Source: Cystobasidiomycetes sp. EMM_F5
Lineage: Eukaryota
NCBI GenBank assembly: GCA_051047955.1
Contig: JBPGPT010000004.1
Location: 186,001-250,000, forward strand
Length of the DNA: 64,000 bases
Direction of reading: 5' to 3'
A model generated the notes under the pieces. That model was not told the origin of the DNA and did no database searches. It saw only the letters and a list, made by a program, of their open reading frames with translations. How positions within the stretch are numbered: position 1 is the first letter of the stretch; the number at the start of each line of letters is the position of its first letter. Below, in pieces: positions 37,657-52,177 of this stretch. A program made the translations under genes and the position numbers.

Positions 37657-40600
37657 TCAGAATCCAGCAGCGCGTTGTTTTCTTTTGCGCATCTGCCAGC
37701 ACAACCACGCCGCTACCAACGCGGACGCACCGCCTATCCGGAAGACGAAGCCGATAGAATCATTCGCGGAAGGCTCTGACATATCTTGCCGTAGCAGTAA
37801 CCGCAATCTGCTTGCGTCCGATGATGCCGCTGCTTCAGCAGCGGCTGGTTCACCGAAGAACGAAAACTAATGCAGAACGTAGGACAATCAGCAACGCCTG
37901 TGAAGTGTGCAAAATCCTTCGACCTTACCACTAATGACGATACAAAGGAAGTCACGACTAATCGAGCAAAGACATCATCAACACAGGGCGGAGTCGCAAA
38001 GACGCTAGCTCACATTGTGGTAGAACAACAAATCTGCGGAACGATGGCCGCGTTGGGTCAGCAAATGGCATATATCAATTCTAAAAGGACATAACACACA
38101 TGTTTGCGATGCCCATGATGGCTCCAGCTGCGTCGGCAGTCCTCGTCGAGTCAGTACCACCGTTCAGGTAACCATTCTCAACTCCCATGCCCGCTTCCTC
38201 ATCATCCAAATTCAAGTCTTGCATGGCCGGGGAAGGTCGAGCAGTTTCTAGTGAGGACCGTTGTAATTGCAGAGTGGACTGCCGCGACATTGTAGGAGGC
38301 ATGGGTGAAGCTCGACGCCGCGGCGTATTGTCGCCTCCCTCGGAGTACGTGTTGCTGGTGGTCCGGCGCATAAAGTCGAACGGATTATCGGATGTCTCCA
38401 GCGGTGTCGTTAGTGAATTCTGTACACTCTCAAACTCGTCCTCGCTACTGTCCAAACTGCTTGTGCTCGGTGAATCGTGGTGCCGAATCTGTAGTGTCCG
38501 ACTTCTTTCGCTTGATTGCGGTTTAGGACTTTGAAGCAATGACGGGGAGGGTCCTTCGCCATTTCCGATAGGGGCAGACCGACCCAATGAAGCCTGAAGC
38601 TTGCTTTGAACATTTAGAGGGGGAGGGTGAGCTGCATTACCCTGCTCGTCGACAGTAGGGGTGTACAATCGGCGGGGCGAGGCGGGTTCAGCGGATGATA
38701 GGTCTGCATAGGCTATGCCTAACCCGCCATTGGGCCTGTCTGCTCCAAGAGGCGACTGACGGTCTGTACGCTTCGTTTCCATGAGCGCAATCGATTCCGC
38801 CTCGGCATCGGCATCATGCAGTTGAATGGCTACGATAGGCGTCGATCGCGATGCCTTGCTGTTTCCACCATGGTTCTGAAGGATCTCTGTGGCTAACAGC
38901 GAGCCCGGTGCCCACATAGTAACCGTCCCTGTCGATACCGACATACTCAGCATATCACTGCTGCATGAGAAGCGGTAGGAGAAACACACAGCATAAACCG
39001 AGCACGGTGAGCATCAGCGTTGCACTCCATACTGCATGGATGAACCAGGTTGAAAACATGAGAATTGCAAAAAAGACGTGTGCGGCAAACCAAAGTAGGG
39101 GCAGATCAAGCCAATCAAACGGCAGAGTCGGCAACTGCCGCAAGATTCTTTCCAAGCTTGGGTAGGTTGATCCAGACCAGCTAAGTGCGTAAGTCATGCC
39201 TTGCTCATCGGCCATGCGCTGCCGTTGCCCGGTACGGCCCGTGCTGACGCTAGACGATACGCAGAATGGCATGACTACGCTTGCAGCGAATGCTACGACA
39301 CTCTGCAAGAATAGAGCGCGACTTCCAGCACGGGTGCCTTGATCTCCAGAATGGCTTGCAGCAGTGCCTGCTGCTGCTGAATTAGGGTTGACGACATTAT
39401 ATTTCTCGGCTACGTAGACCGACGAGAAGAAGCTGCAAGAGCTGTGTCAGGTCTAATGACGTCTTCATGCAATCAAGCGAACTTACAGTATTGGGAACCA
39501 GCCTCCCCACGCGAAGCCTTGTACCTTGCAGATATCCCATATAGGTTCTGGCAAAGTTCTAAAAGTCGACCACAGCTGTGTAACGCCATCGAGGATTGGG
39601 TTTGTCTTCCAAGACCTCCAGAACCTCAGTCTTGTAAGAATAGCATTGCTGGAAAAATCGTCGAGCGCTGTCAGGTTTTCGCTTGCCATTTCTTCTGCAC
39701 TCGGGAGCAGTACCCGCTCTTCAACGGCAAAAATGGTCACGCAATGCGATAGAGCAAGCGAAAGGGCTGCAAAGACTGATAGAATCTTGATTTGCTCGCT
39801 GCCAAGGAAGCCGAAAATTGGGACGAGATCTAGATTGCCGACCCAGAAACCGATAATCGATCCCATAGCGACCCTGATGCAGGTGAGGTTGAGTCAGCCT
39901 CCGATGCGTAACTATGCGCGGAAGAGAGTGCCCCACATCCGAGTGCCCCAGGAATAGGCTTCCTCCTGCTGAGAGATTGGCAGGACATCCACTATCAGTG
40001 CCCTGTTGACAGCCATGATGGCGTTGATGGCAAAATCGAGCACATAAACGGCAAAAACGGCCAGAAAGATGGTGAGATTGGAATGCTGTAGATGTATATC
40101 AGAAAGCGTAGCTTTGATACCTGCAGATATCCAGGCACGTACGGCTGAAGATCCCCGCGTTGTGACGACACTTGCGACTTCTCGTGTGTATCCAAAGATG
40201 AGCAGACTAAAGATGGTGACAATACACCCTATAGCCATGACTGGCCGTCTCCTGCCGAACCTGCTCGTCGACCGGTCTGCCAACGCGCCTGCCATGTAGC
40301 ACTAAAGTCAGCATCAAGATTCCGCTCTGTGCTATCTAGCAACCAACCAATTATCGGCTGTACTATAAGACCTGTTGACAGACACGCGCGTGGTCAGGCG
40401 GATGCCGTCTACTTGAGTCTGTTCGCTTACCAGACAATGGTCCAGCCAGGAAGACTGCGCTCATTCCCGCTTTCGATAGACCTAGGCAGATGGGGGGAAC
40501 TGCATTATGAGGTGTTCTTGTACAACACGCTGTAACTTGCGTACCCAACGACAAGAGGTACGGGGAAGCGTATGCCATTTCCGTGCTCCAGACGATTTGC

Positions 40601-40982
40601 AATCCGAGAAAGTCAACCTGCACAACGGCAGCGCGTCGAGTAAGTATTCAGTCTGCTCAGCGTATAGAATTCCATTCAGCTTGCCGTTAGTAACATGTGC
40701 TTTACGACATTGCTACCGCCCCGGACGTGAGCTCGTCTGCCGTCAGCCAATGCAGCCAAATCACGAGAACCAAGTCAGCCAACGCGTTCACTGTCGCACT
40801 TTGATACTTTTACATCATCTGCGACCAGCTGCACTGCGACACTCGCTCTCGAGACCCTTTGAACCGCTGCCCGCTGCTGCTTCGATCGCGTTTATTGCTT
40901 TATTTGAGCCTTTGACGCACCCGACAAACTGCAGGTCTGCATGGCCCGCACTGGATGGGAAGCCTGCGCTGCCTCCGACCAT
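37657..40982 (-). CDS. SLC45/Sut1-type sucrose/alpha-glucoside:H+ symporter (many exons)
   Basis: GLQIVWSTEMAYASPYLLSLG, FLAGPLSG, GALADRSTSRFGRRRP, LDFAINA...RALIVD, WGGWFPIL, AGAIMGIAN; 5' end approximate. Confidence 0.9.
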
Positions 40983-41237
40983 GGATCCAGAGAGCGCGGA
41001 GTAGAGCACAAACGGGGTGCATGGGTTAGTTGGCAGCGTCGAGAGAAATGGCAGGCTTGTATCAAGTTGATTGAGGTTCATCAAACGGGACTCTGCAGAA
41101 ATATACGAGCTGTTGTCGCTGTTTATGTCGCGTAATACTGATAATGAGACTACTCAAGTCGTTTGCGGATCTCATAATGTCGCTATCTGTGCCTTCATTA
41201 TTTCAATCATTAATGCCGACTAATCAAACCTGAAACC

Positions 41238-42652
41238 ATGAACTTTGTGCCAAACGACAGCTACGGCAGCGGACAGCATCAGCGTACTGGCCAAGCTGAG
41301 CATCAGACCCGGCCATTGCAGCGGCTCCGACGGGGAGATGCAGCAAAGCCAGTCAGCGGCCACCATCAACTATCATCGAGCTCAGCCAATGCAAACCCAG
41401 ACGACTTTGTCAATGTCTCGAGTGTAGCAGACCAGAGTTGGGTTGAGCGCCGTACGTGCGGTCTAGGAGGGTCAGTCCGGTTCAGAAGGGCTGATAGTGA
41501 TGCATCAGCCCGGAGATATACGAAACCTCAAACGAGATCCGTTAGACGCTCCGATACTCCCAAAGCAAATCCATCCTCATCCCATGATGCTTCCGAGTCT
41601 GCCGACGACGAGCAGACTGATGAGACCGACCACGAGTGGCGGATAGTAGGCAGTCGTGGTCAGACGACGTCTGCACCGTTGGAGCCATGCACCGGCTCAT
41701 CGTTCTTGAGACGACGGCCTCTGCACTCTTCTTTCGTATCCGCGCAGTCCGGCCAGAGAGTGGGAGAGCTGCATCATCCATCGAGAGGATACCGCACAGC
41801 AAACGCAACAATACCAATGGCCAGAATGTCCCGATCTCTCGCATCGATAGACGTCGTTCCACACAACTCTGCGAGGACGCCCATGTCAATGGCCACAATC
41901 AACGGTGGGTGATGGCTGGTAGAAAATCCTCACACAATGCTGAGTGACTCATACATATTCCAGACCGTGCTATACAAAGCGAGCCGGAATCCAACACTTC
42001 GCACCGCTCTTCAAGTCATTTGAATCTGGACGACAGCTTTCTGGAACTTATTGATGCAGCGCGTACGTTTAGCATAATGCAGTCTATCAGGGTATCTCAG
42101 GGCTCGTTGTCTTCCACACGCTAAGGCCTTGCCGAAGATAGCATTGGCATGTCAGCTACCGTCCGTCCAGTTGCGACTGCGAGGGATACAGACATGCGGA
42201 ATGACAGATCGATAGCACCGTTCATTGAAGCTCCCCCTTCTCCGCAAGCACCGGCGTCCATGTCTGCCAGTACAGCCTTTGCACTATCATCAAACGATAG
42301 TCCACCTTCGCAAGGTTTCATGTCTTCTGCAAACAGCGACAGCTCAGACGAAGGAGAATCAGATACGCAAGCTGCGCGCCCAAGACAAAGTCCGCCGCTC
42401 TCGTCAGCAGCAGAAGCAGACTCGCAGCCAACAGAGGGCAGCGTCGATACATCGGGTACTTCAGAGAGCTCAACCAACGGTCACGATGCGTCTACCTCAC
42501 CATCAATAATGAGCTCCTGGTGGCATTGGCTAATGCGACATGTGCTCAAGTTGACCGTCGGAGCGGGCCTCATTGGGATTGGCTATCTTTTCGCAAGCAA
42601 CGCATCCTTCACGCAGAGAAAGCTTGCATGCGTTGACGGCACGTACGTTTGA
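41238..42652 (+). CDS. Disordered Ser-rich tail-anchored protein with several AIM/LIR-like motifs (3 exons)
   Basis: ORF 41238-41912, a middle exon ~41963-42062 and ORF 42149-42652 splice in frame; C-terminal TM HVLKLTVGAGLIGIGYLFA. Confidence 0.65.
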
Positions 42653-42872
42653 CATCTACACAAGTCTGGGTCTCTACTGTTGGCTGATGTATGATGTGCC
42701 GATAGTGAAAGCCTCTTCCCACCATCGTCACGGATCGAGCGTTCAGTCCTGTCGCGTTTCAGAACTCAGCTGACTCCGTTTGAGTAGTATCGCTTTCTCG
42801 AGCCATGTGTGCAGTCATTGTCGTTGTATAACACGTGTCATGATAAAAGGAAAATACACCGAAACGAGATCG

Positions 42873-45800
42873 CTACAGGTTGATGGCATACATCTTCGTC
42901 ACTATCTTGAGCACTGCGAGGTTGCCTGAAGATACAGTCCCGCAATAAAGTGTTGCTAGGTGACTGCATACTTGATATCTGTATCCATCTACTGCTGTGA
43001 GTTACTGACTGGCACGGATCATCGCCGTCACTTGCTGCAGCAGCCGGACTTGCTCCAGACTGTCTCGCGCCTGCCTGGCTTGGTCGATCAGCTGATAAAT
43101 GGGGGGCGATTGCAGCAGTGCCGCTCTCGCAAGTAGGTTTTGTCTGCGCGTAAGGAACCGTTTAGCGCCGAGCATGGTATGCCATCCAGGCCTCGACTTA
43201 CATGATGATAGCACGCTTGGTACGCATCTCCTCGGGCGTTGGACTGCGCACAATCTCCAGGCGGGTAAGACCATTCGACAGCTGGGCTGCGGGACCCGGC
43301 GGTGGGACTTGTGGCGGCTGGTACACGACTTGAGCCGCGTGCACTTGTTGTTGTCGTCTCCGTTCGATGGCGGCAACTTCAGCAGCTGTAAGCTTCGACC
43401 GCCGAATCTCCGCATCGCTGTCATCAATGTCATCGTTGTACTGAAAGTCCGAGTCGCCATCGTCCGGCACAAACTCGTCGCTTTGGTTTTGTCTCTTTTG
43501 AGGAGAGCTTCCCTCTGCAAAGTTGGGCTTCGAAAAGTAATTCTGTACATTCCCGCTCAGCTAAAGTAGTTGTACGGTGGTGTATACGCATGCACTCACA
43601 GTCTTCTTCTTTTCGCGAAAGCCACGTCCAGTCTGTAGAGCTCTAGCAGCCTCTTCGTCTTGCTGTATCTGACTTTGTTTGGCTAACATTTGACTCCTGC
43701 CTCGATGCTCAGCGTCGGTGACAGAGCGCCGAAAGATCGACGTGACCCACCAGAAGTCCCTCTGAGCTTCGACTTCGGCCGTCTCGTTTGCATTCTCAGC
43801 CTTATGGTCCCACACCCGAGCATACGAAAATGCCTTGCTGGCCTCCGCGCGCAGTTTTGCCTTCTTCTCGACTTCCTCCGCATCATCCGGCTTTTGTAAA
43901 GCGTCAATCATCTCCTCGATTGCCTCGCGACTGTATTTGATATCGCTCTTCTGGGCATCTTCCGGCTTCTCTTCAAAGAGCGCTTTCGCACCGAATAGCA
44001 GTAAAGACTCGACGTGATCTGGGGCTTCCTCCTCTTCATTCCGCTTGTCTTCAAGACTGTCCACAATGAGCTGTTCCAGCACCATCTTCTTTTTGCCCTG
44101 TTCGACTATCTTCTCCTCGCAGGATCCCTTGGTCATCAGCTTGAAGCACATCACCTTACGCTTTTGCCCAATGCGATGCGCCCGTGCGATAGCCTGCAGA
44201 TCCTGGAAGGGGTTGAAATCGGCATCGTATATAATAACCGTGTCTGCACTTGTGAGATTGATGCCCACTCCGCCAGCACGGGTTGACAGTATAAAGACTG
44301 ATATGTCGGACCCGGGCGCATTGAAGGCATCAATAGCTACCTGTCGATCCGATTGGGAGGTGGAGCCATCGAGGCGCACGTACTTGATCTTCTCGCCTTC
44401 AAGGAATCTTTCGACAATATTTAGATTAATGACAAACTGCGAGAAGAGCAAAACGCGATGGCCGCGCTCGCGCAAGCAGGGCAACATTTCCTTAAGAAAG
44501 ACGAGCTTGGAGCAGGCATCTACCAGATTGCGATGGAGCTGCTCTTCCGTAACCGCAACTTCTTGTTCGAGTTCCTCCCGAACGAGGTAAGGGTGACAGA
44601 GCGTCTTGCGTAACTCCAAAAGAACGTTGGTGATCTTTGCCCGTTTCATTCTTTGCTTGCCCTTCCCTTTGCTGTGGTCATAGATTGCCTGTAGCGCCTC
44701 GTAGTTCTGCTCGAGCACTGACTTGTAGACGATTTTCTGCAGCGGAGACATGGAAAGCGGTACAATGTGTTCTGACAGCGGAGGCAGATCGAGGACGGCC
44801 TCCTTCGTTCTTCGCAGGAAGTAAGGCTTGGCGAGTTCCTGCACCTCTTCCACCAGCGCACTGTCAAGCACCTCATAGCGTGTATGTAAGTCATCCAAAT
44901 CGTGAAACGTGTCCGGATCGATGAAGTGAAGGAGGTTGAACAGCTCGTCCAGATTGTTATTAACAGGAGTACCGGTGAGGAGTACTGTGTTGGCGATACG
45001 AAGCTGCCGCAGAGCTTTCCAGAGCAGGCCCTTGCTGCCAGCTTTGAGGCGCTGAGCTTCATCAACAACTAATGCTTCCCATCGCTGTACTCGTTTGAAT
45101 ACGTTTTGATTCTTTTCCAATGTTTCGTATGTTGTCAACACAACGTGGCATCGGAGCTTCTGCTCGCTGACCGGACCACCGGTGAAAAGTTCGTATTCTT
45201 CGATGATGTTTCGCGATTTCTTAGAGCCATAGAAGCTGAACCAGGCGTGGTCAGTTATTGTCGACAATGGATATACCCAAGTATACGCCTACGGAACTAC
45301 CCGCAGATTATCAGGACCCCATTTATCGAGTTCGCGGAGCCAATTTTGCAATGTCGAATTCGGCACTACAATCAAGAACGGCTGACATTGTTCTCGCTTG
45401 AAGAGAAGCGAGATGAACGAAATGATCTGTACCATGGTATGTCAATTGAATGGTAAGAGTCGCTCGTGACATGTCTCTAACTCGCCTGAACAGTTTTGCC
45501 CAATCCCATCTCGTCTGCTAGAATGCAGTTTCGCCTGGTCCACCAATTATAGTATAGCCACGCTACACCATCCAATTGGAAGTCCATTAAAGTCCCGTTT
45601 GTAATGAAGTCAGGCTGTTCGGTTAGCGCTTTGAATGACCCCTTTGGCCTCGGAGCGTCGGCTTTGACCATCTGAGCATTGCTGAGGCGTGGGACCATGA
45701 CATGTCTGCCTACCAGGAAGCGTTTATAGCTAGCGAGGAAAGTCTGGTAGGCAGGATCGTCGGCGTCCCACAAAGTATCTTCCCATGTCGCTGTATAAAT

Positions 45801-48535
45801 GACAGTAAGTGAATGTGTAGGAAGCGGATCCAGCTGTCCTACCTGACTCATACGGTAGAGACTGCCATTTCACATATATCCGACATATCCTATCGATGCT
45901 CTCCTCGGGATCGTCACTCAGCTTCTTCATATCTGCCGCGGAGATGACGGTACGAGATCCGCTCTTTGAACGATACTCTACATCCAGTATCCGGTCGGGC
46001 GTTGTCCATTCTTTCGGGATTCGTTGAATAGCATCCGGGTTTGGCAACAAGCCAAACTGCTCAAGATGGCCATCTTGTAGATCTTCTGTATCTGGTGCTA
46101 TATCGATAGACGGTCCCTTCACCAGAAAGCTCCGCAGACGTTGCGGATAAGCTGCTTTCAGCCAGGCATGTGACACCCATTTGACAGATCTGAATGATTG
46201 CTCTTGAAACTTGACCAGGTATTCGGCGTTATACAGGGCGTCAGTGTGATCCGGTAATTGCGCTGGCGTTGGTGCAAGTCGCTTCGAAGGCGATGTTGGC
46301 GGAGGAAGTTCAGCGGCCGTACGAACTATCTCCCCTTCGTCAGACACGGGTCGCCAAGCTAACACCGCGTCTGGAGCAGGAAGAGCAACGCATTCTTCGC
46401 ATCGCCAATCTTGTCGATCCTGCCATTGCTTGATATCTTTATTGGGAATGCACTTGTAGTGCGCAGCACGTTTACAGCTTTGGCAGCGGAACAGCAAGTC
46501 CTTCATCGCAGGAATCTTGCTGGTACCGCTGGATGTGCCTTCTTCGCGATCAGCACCGTCATCCATCTCCGCATCCACATCAACAGGCGCTCGCAGGTCT
46601 TCGTCGGACGGCTTTTCCTGTGATTCTGCCTTGGAAGCAGAAGTTCTGCTCGACGCCTCCGCTCCCTTGCGTGCTACTTTTATGTTCTTATTGAGCGTCT
46701 CAAGGTGTTTGCAGAACATGCAGCGAAGGCCGTTAACCTTGATACAATCGGAACAACCAGCCATCATGAATGTGGAGTTGATGTTTGAATGTAATTTGGC
46801 GGCCGTCAGAGTTCCGTGTCTTAATGCTATATCGTCTGCAACTGCCTTTCTGAGGCGGTTTGCTGCGGGCGCGTCGGGTATCTAGAAGGATATGCCATAT
46901 CAGTGCAGGTCAATCAATGTACGCAGAGACTGACGTGTCGGTAATGCCACGCCTGACAGCATGTATTGCATAGGATCCAGCTAGTGATATCAAAGAAAGG
47001 ACTGAGACGTTGATCAGACGGCACATTGAGTTTGGTCAGACTCACGCGCCCAAATCTCGGACCGTTCCCTCATCCCATTCACCAATGTCCGTCTTTCGCT
47101 TGCGGCCTTTCTTGGTCGTGTACAAGGGCAGAAGCTCTTTTGCTGAAGCTGCATTGCAATTTGCACATGCATCACGGTGGTGCCGCTCGGGTCGATCTCC
47201 GCCGTCACCGTTTGTATCATCGTCAATTCCGCCATCGTCCGACAATTGGTCTGCAGAATCGACCACTGACATAGAACGTTGACGACGCGCTCCGTTCTGT
47301 TTGGCACGATGCATTTTTGCACTATCCTGACTTGCAGTGGATTCGGAAGATGAGCCCGAATTGTCTCCGCCCGTGTCGTTGGAGTTGGAATCCGACTCTT
47401 CGACCTCTTGAATAGTAGTGTAGTTGACGGGCCTTCTAGCACCTTCGCGCGAAGAGCGCCGTGTCGGCTCGACCGACATTGGTCTTTTCCCTTTCCCCTT
47501 CCTCTTCTGCTTTCCGGAGATTGCAAAATCATCAGAGTCCATCGATTGCGAGTCTTCATCGTCTTCAGACTGCGATATTTGAGCTGAAGCAGACTTGCTG
47601 CGCGTCACTCGGCGGTTTGTACTCGCCCGTGCGTCTTCGTAATCCATTTCGTCATCATCTGCAGACATGACCCGTTTTCGACGTGCGCCCAATGCTCTCT
47701 TCGGGATAACGGGCTGCAATTGTTCGTCTGAGCTGGAGTCGTCGTACACGATATTATCTTGCTTGTCGCCATTCTCGACCTGTTCCTCAAACGCGTCAAT
47801 GATGTCTTGGTAAGTATGCATGGCCGCGTCGTCAAGCTGGACCTCTCTCTCAGCGCTTTATTCACACACAGGGCATGGATGAGAGATGAGCGTCACCTGT
47901 ACGTGCCGTCCATCGTCCAGCTTGACCGTGTACCGGTATAAATTTGACCCAGCAATGACATGGCGGCCTAGAATCTTTACGACTTCGTCATCCGGATTAA
48001 GAGAGACGGTATGCACTGGAGAGTTGCGCGGCGGATGGAGAACTGGCTTAGATTGGCGGGCTCTACTGGACACCCTGGACGTTGTCGAAGCGGCGCTGCG
48101 TGAACTCGACTGCCGGGCCATCGCTGCTGATGTATGTACCCCGTAGAAGCTGTTCTGGTCGATGGCAGGATGGAGCAACTCCCTTGTTCCAGCAGAGTCC
48201 CGGACTCCTCGCTGTTCCGCGTCGCTCGTTGACGACTCCAGCTCGTCAATCTCGTCGTCGATATCCCCTTGCGAGACTGTAATGACCTGCCCGCTCGTCG
48301 GAAACAGGCTACGCTCAAGTTGGCGCTGCTGCTCGTCGCCGTTGACCGAGGCTGTATCGCTGCTGCTGCTGCTGTTGCTGTTACTATCGCGGCTTAACGC
48401 GCATGGCAGGTGTCGCGCTGCCAGGTAGGCTGGCCGGGCAGCAATGGCGTCCTTGCTGGGCAGCGGGACATCAATGTAGAAGGCTCCATGGCTCCTGCGA
48501 CTCGCATCGTCGGCGCCGCGTCCAAGCATGTACAT
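42873..48535 (-). CDS. Mit1/CHD(Mi-2)-type SNF2 chromatin remodeler with PHD fingers and chromo-like domains
   Basis: [15 protein letters not shown]...[77 protein letters not shown]; termini approximate. Confidence 0.9.
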
Positions 48536-48661
48536 GTGTTTGTGCGAACGTAAACAAACAACAGGTCGCGACTGAAAGTGGCAGACACTTTCGACTTGAT
48601 GGCGCGGACGTGACTTTGCGCGCAGTAACAGTATATACGCGGTAGATACTTGAAAGCCTCC

Positions 48662-50102
48662 TCAGCCCGCCGGCTCTATCTCAAACAGCCTGACCCGGGA
48701 AGTCGGCTCGTCTCCGCCAACCAGGCCGGTGCCGGCGGGTGCTTCAGCAAACGACAGTTCACTGACGGACAATCTCGCGCTCTCTGAGGAAGAGTCGCTT
48801 ACGTTAGCTATACTCGGTCTGCGTGTGCGATTCCGCTTACCGCTTTCTGTCAAGAAGAGCTCGAATGTAGACTCTGTACGCATCGTTGTCGAGATATACG
48901 CTACCACCCCGTCTCTGCTAGCTTGATGCAGTATACCTGACAGGCAACGTACAAAGTCTGGTACGATTGACGGGTCATATACCTAGAAATTGAACTCAGC
49001 CCAGACTGTCGCGCACGATTCTTGCACATTGCACTCACCACGTCTGTGGCAACGACTACATCGATGTCCACGAAGCGGGAGTCTGTAACAGGCTTTGTCC
49101 AGTCTAGCGGTATTACAATCACCTCGTCACAAGAATCTATTGTTGTATTTAGTGTATGGATGCAGTTCTCTCTTTTAGATAAACACATACTGAGAGCTAG
49201 ATTGTCTCGCAATGCTTGAAGAACACCATTATTGCCGTCCGTATCAGTGGCGATGAGGCCACCTCGGCGGGTCTTGTCAGTGCGGGAGACCTGAATCTTG
49301 TCGATGAGACAGGCCAGCACCCCAGTTCCGCTACCCATTTCCAAGACCTTCTTTGAAGCCACGATGTCCGGATGGGCCAGTAGATGGTTAGCCATACGGA
49401 TGCCCGCCTGCCAGGTTCTGAGACCAGTCGTCCCTGTAAGATTAAGCAGCCCATCAGACTTGCCTGTGTCTAACAATTCAGGTTGCATACCACCAGAGAC
49501 AGGTGCATCCGCTTCTCTTGTTACGATGTATTGTTCTTCAGATTGCAAAGTATAGTAGAATCGACGAAGACATGTCGTGTTATTCTGTCTATGGCGTCTC
49601 GAGTCAGAATGTCGCGTGCAAGTATGATGCACATCCTACTCTGTATCCGAGATAGACATCAACTCGACGACATTCTCCAGCAATCGTTCGTGCACTTCGC
49701 CATCCTGCCATTGGATATTCCACGACTCTTCAGTATCTGTAAATTAGCTGAAGAGAATGGTAACCTCACGGTGTCAGCAGTGATGGACAGGCCATGTTCG
49801 ATATGCTGTACCAGACGTTTATGGAAAGCCCGACGCCATCGGACAGCGCCCAGCATATGCTGCGTCGAGGACGAGGATTTCTCATTGCCGGCAACGGACA
49901 GACTTCTTTTGTATCTAGCTAGATGAACCGATTCTTCTTCCAGCAGGTGGTGAACAAGCCACGTCTGAACATCCCAATTCGACATTAGATCCGGCGACGG
50001 AAGAGTCAGAGCAGTCAGGTTTGTTGGGTATCTTGCGTGATAGCATTTCCGGATGTACAGCAGTTGACGGAGCAGCTCCTCTGGAATGTATGCAATCTGC
50101 AT
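48662..50102 (-). CDS. EFM3/EEF2KMT(FAM86)-like protein-lysine methyltransferase (Methyltransf_16)
   Basis: TGTTGLRTWQAG, VLEMGSGTG, IATDTD, LDW, VVATDV...YDP. Confidence 0.82.
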
Positions 50103-50236
50103 GTATAGGTCCAGAGACACGCAAGATTTGTCGTGAAAGAGATGTGGAGACCCTGGTCCAATGTTTCCAGACTAAATTTGCGACAATGCGGTCATGTGTT
50201 CGTATACAACAACATTATGGCACTTGCAGCTCAGCT

Positions 50237-52007
50237 TCACATGCAGCCAGGGCAAGCCCCGAGCTGATGCACGAAAATGTCACAATCGATGCAGAAATGG
50301 TTTTTGCAGCGTGGACACTGGTACCTTCCCGTAGGACTGATACCTCCAGTGACGTTACTCGACACACTTACTTCTCCATTTATGGTTTGGGTCACGCTGC
50401 TCTCGGTCGCTCGCTCGGCGGTCGCTGCTGTAGGCGGAGCGCCGGAGGGGTCTCCGATCGGAGGGAAACCCAGGGAGCACCCGAAGCATGCTTCAGGTAG
50501 AAAGTCCGTGCTGACATCGGAGGGGATCACTTGTCAGCCTAACATATGCGACGTCATGGTAACGACATACCGGCCATTCACAGCAAGCCAATTACCAACC
50601 GGAAACAAGTGTCTGTAACTTCGAGCGAGATGCGGACTTGACACAATGGTCAGTCGACACACACCGCATTCCGTCGGAACTTCGCATAATTTGCTATAAC
50701 ATCTTGGACACGTGTAGCCTTTGCTCTTGTACAACTTGGAATGGCAAGAGCAAAGCGTCGGTTGTTGTGAATTTGCCAGTAGCGTAGGAAAGCCCATGAT
50801 CATGAGGTCTGTGCTGTTTGCCGATGATGCTCCGGTACCTCCAGCACCTGGAACACCTGCAGCAGCGAGAGCTGGATTTTTGGGCTTGAGTGATGCTGGG
50901 GGCAATACGCATTCGAAGAGTAGCTCCTTGAAGTGATCCTCGTTCAGACAAACATTGAAGGTACCCCTCGTCCTCTTGCAAATATCGCGACAGACGCTTA
51001 TCTCAGCAGATAGGCCGATAATATTGACACGGACTCTGCAGCAACGTGAGCAATTAGCTAGCTATCGACAGTGAACGCTCTAACTCACTTGTCTTTGACC
51101 AATTGGTCTAGTGTATCGTGGATGTTGCCCGGGTCACATGTCGTCAAGCTGCCGAAGATGACTACCACTTCGCGCGATCCGTGAATTGGTAGATGTCTAT
51201 TGTTGCGAAGGAACAGAGGCGTCAGGGGACCGTGTCATCGATATAGAGACATTCTCTAGCCTACGCTAAGCCAGACCGACATAGATTCAGCGCATTCTGC
51301 AGACTTGGTTCGCCGCTGGCAGCCAACTTCCGCTTATTCTGCAATGCCTTGACGTGTTCGACCGGGTTCCCACCGAGCTGGGAGATTCGCTCGGCCATAC
51401 CGTCTCGTGTGCCGACAATAGCCAGCTGAGATATCGGATTCTGGTCAAAGAATTCCGCTACGAATTCCTGCGCATACTTGAGGCTGAGCTCGAGACGTGA
51501 TGGGCGCATGTCCTTGTCCGTCATGCTTTCGCTTAGATCAATGACGAGAAATAAATGTCGGATGATTCCTCGTTGAATTGCTGTAGTGTCACGGAGGATC
51601 CGGCGACGTTTTGTGGACGTCAGGAAAGCGGCCACGGCGCCTTCCAAGCTCCCATGGACATCTTCAGTAACGAGATCCCAGGATCTGCTGTATTCTTCCT
51701 CCCAGCTGAGCTTCATACGGGGCTGTCCGCCTTTTCGAGTTGCATCATCGTCGTCGTCGTTTGGCGCATCCGCTTCCTCCATGACGACGTCTGCGCCGTT
51801 CGAAAGCCCTGCTGTGCCATTTACACGACCAATAGTCCCGCCAGCGGCTTTCCCTTTGCCCTTTTCTACTGCCGTGAAGCGAGCTCGCTTTCGAGGACCA
51901 TCGTCTGCCTCGGACCCATCGTTGCCTTCAGCTTCTGCGGCTGCAATGTTGCGAGCATTCGAGTCGTCCTCGTCGTCCTCGCTGTCGACTATACGGGTTA
52001 TTGGCAT
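50237..52007 (-). CDS. SSL1: TFIIH subunit Ssl1/p44 (vWA domain plus zinc fingers)
   Basis: [62 protein letters not shown]...[24 protein letters not shown]...CPGC. Confidence 0.96.
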
Positions 52008-52177
52008 GTCATTTGGCAAAAGGCAGCGAGCGAATGTCCGATGATACGGCCTGGAGACTAGAAGGTCATTCGAATGGGCACAGGTCCCGGGGCATTGCAT
52101 ACAGGTTTCAGTTACAACAGGACTGCTATGTGCGATGAAAGAGTGGTAGCTACAGCATGCTTGGGGGACAGACGGCC

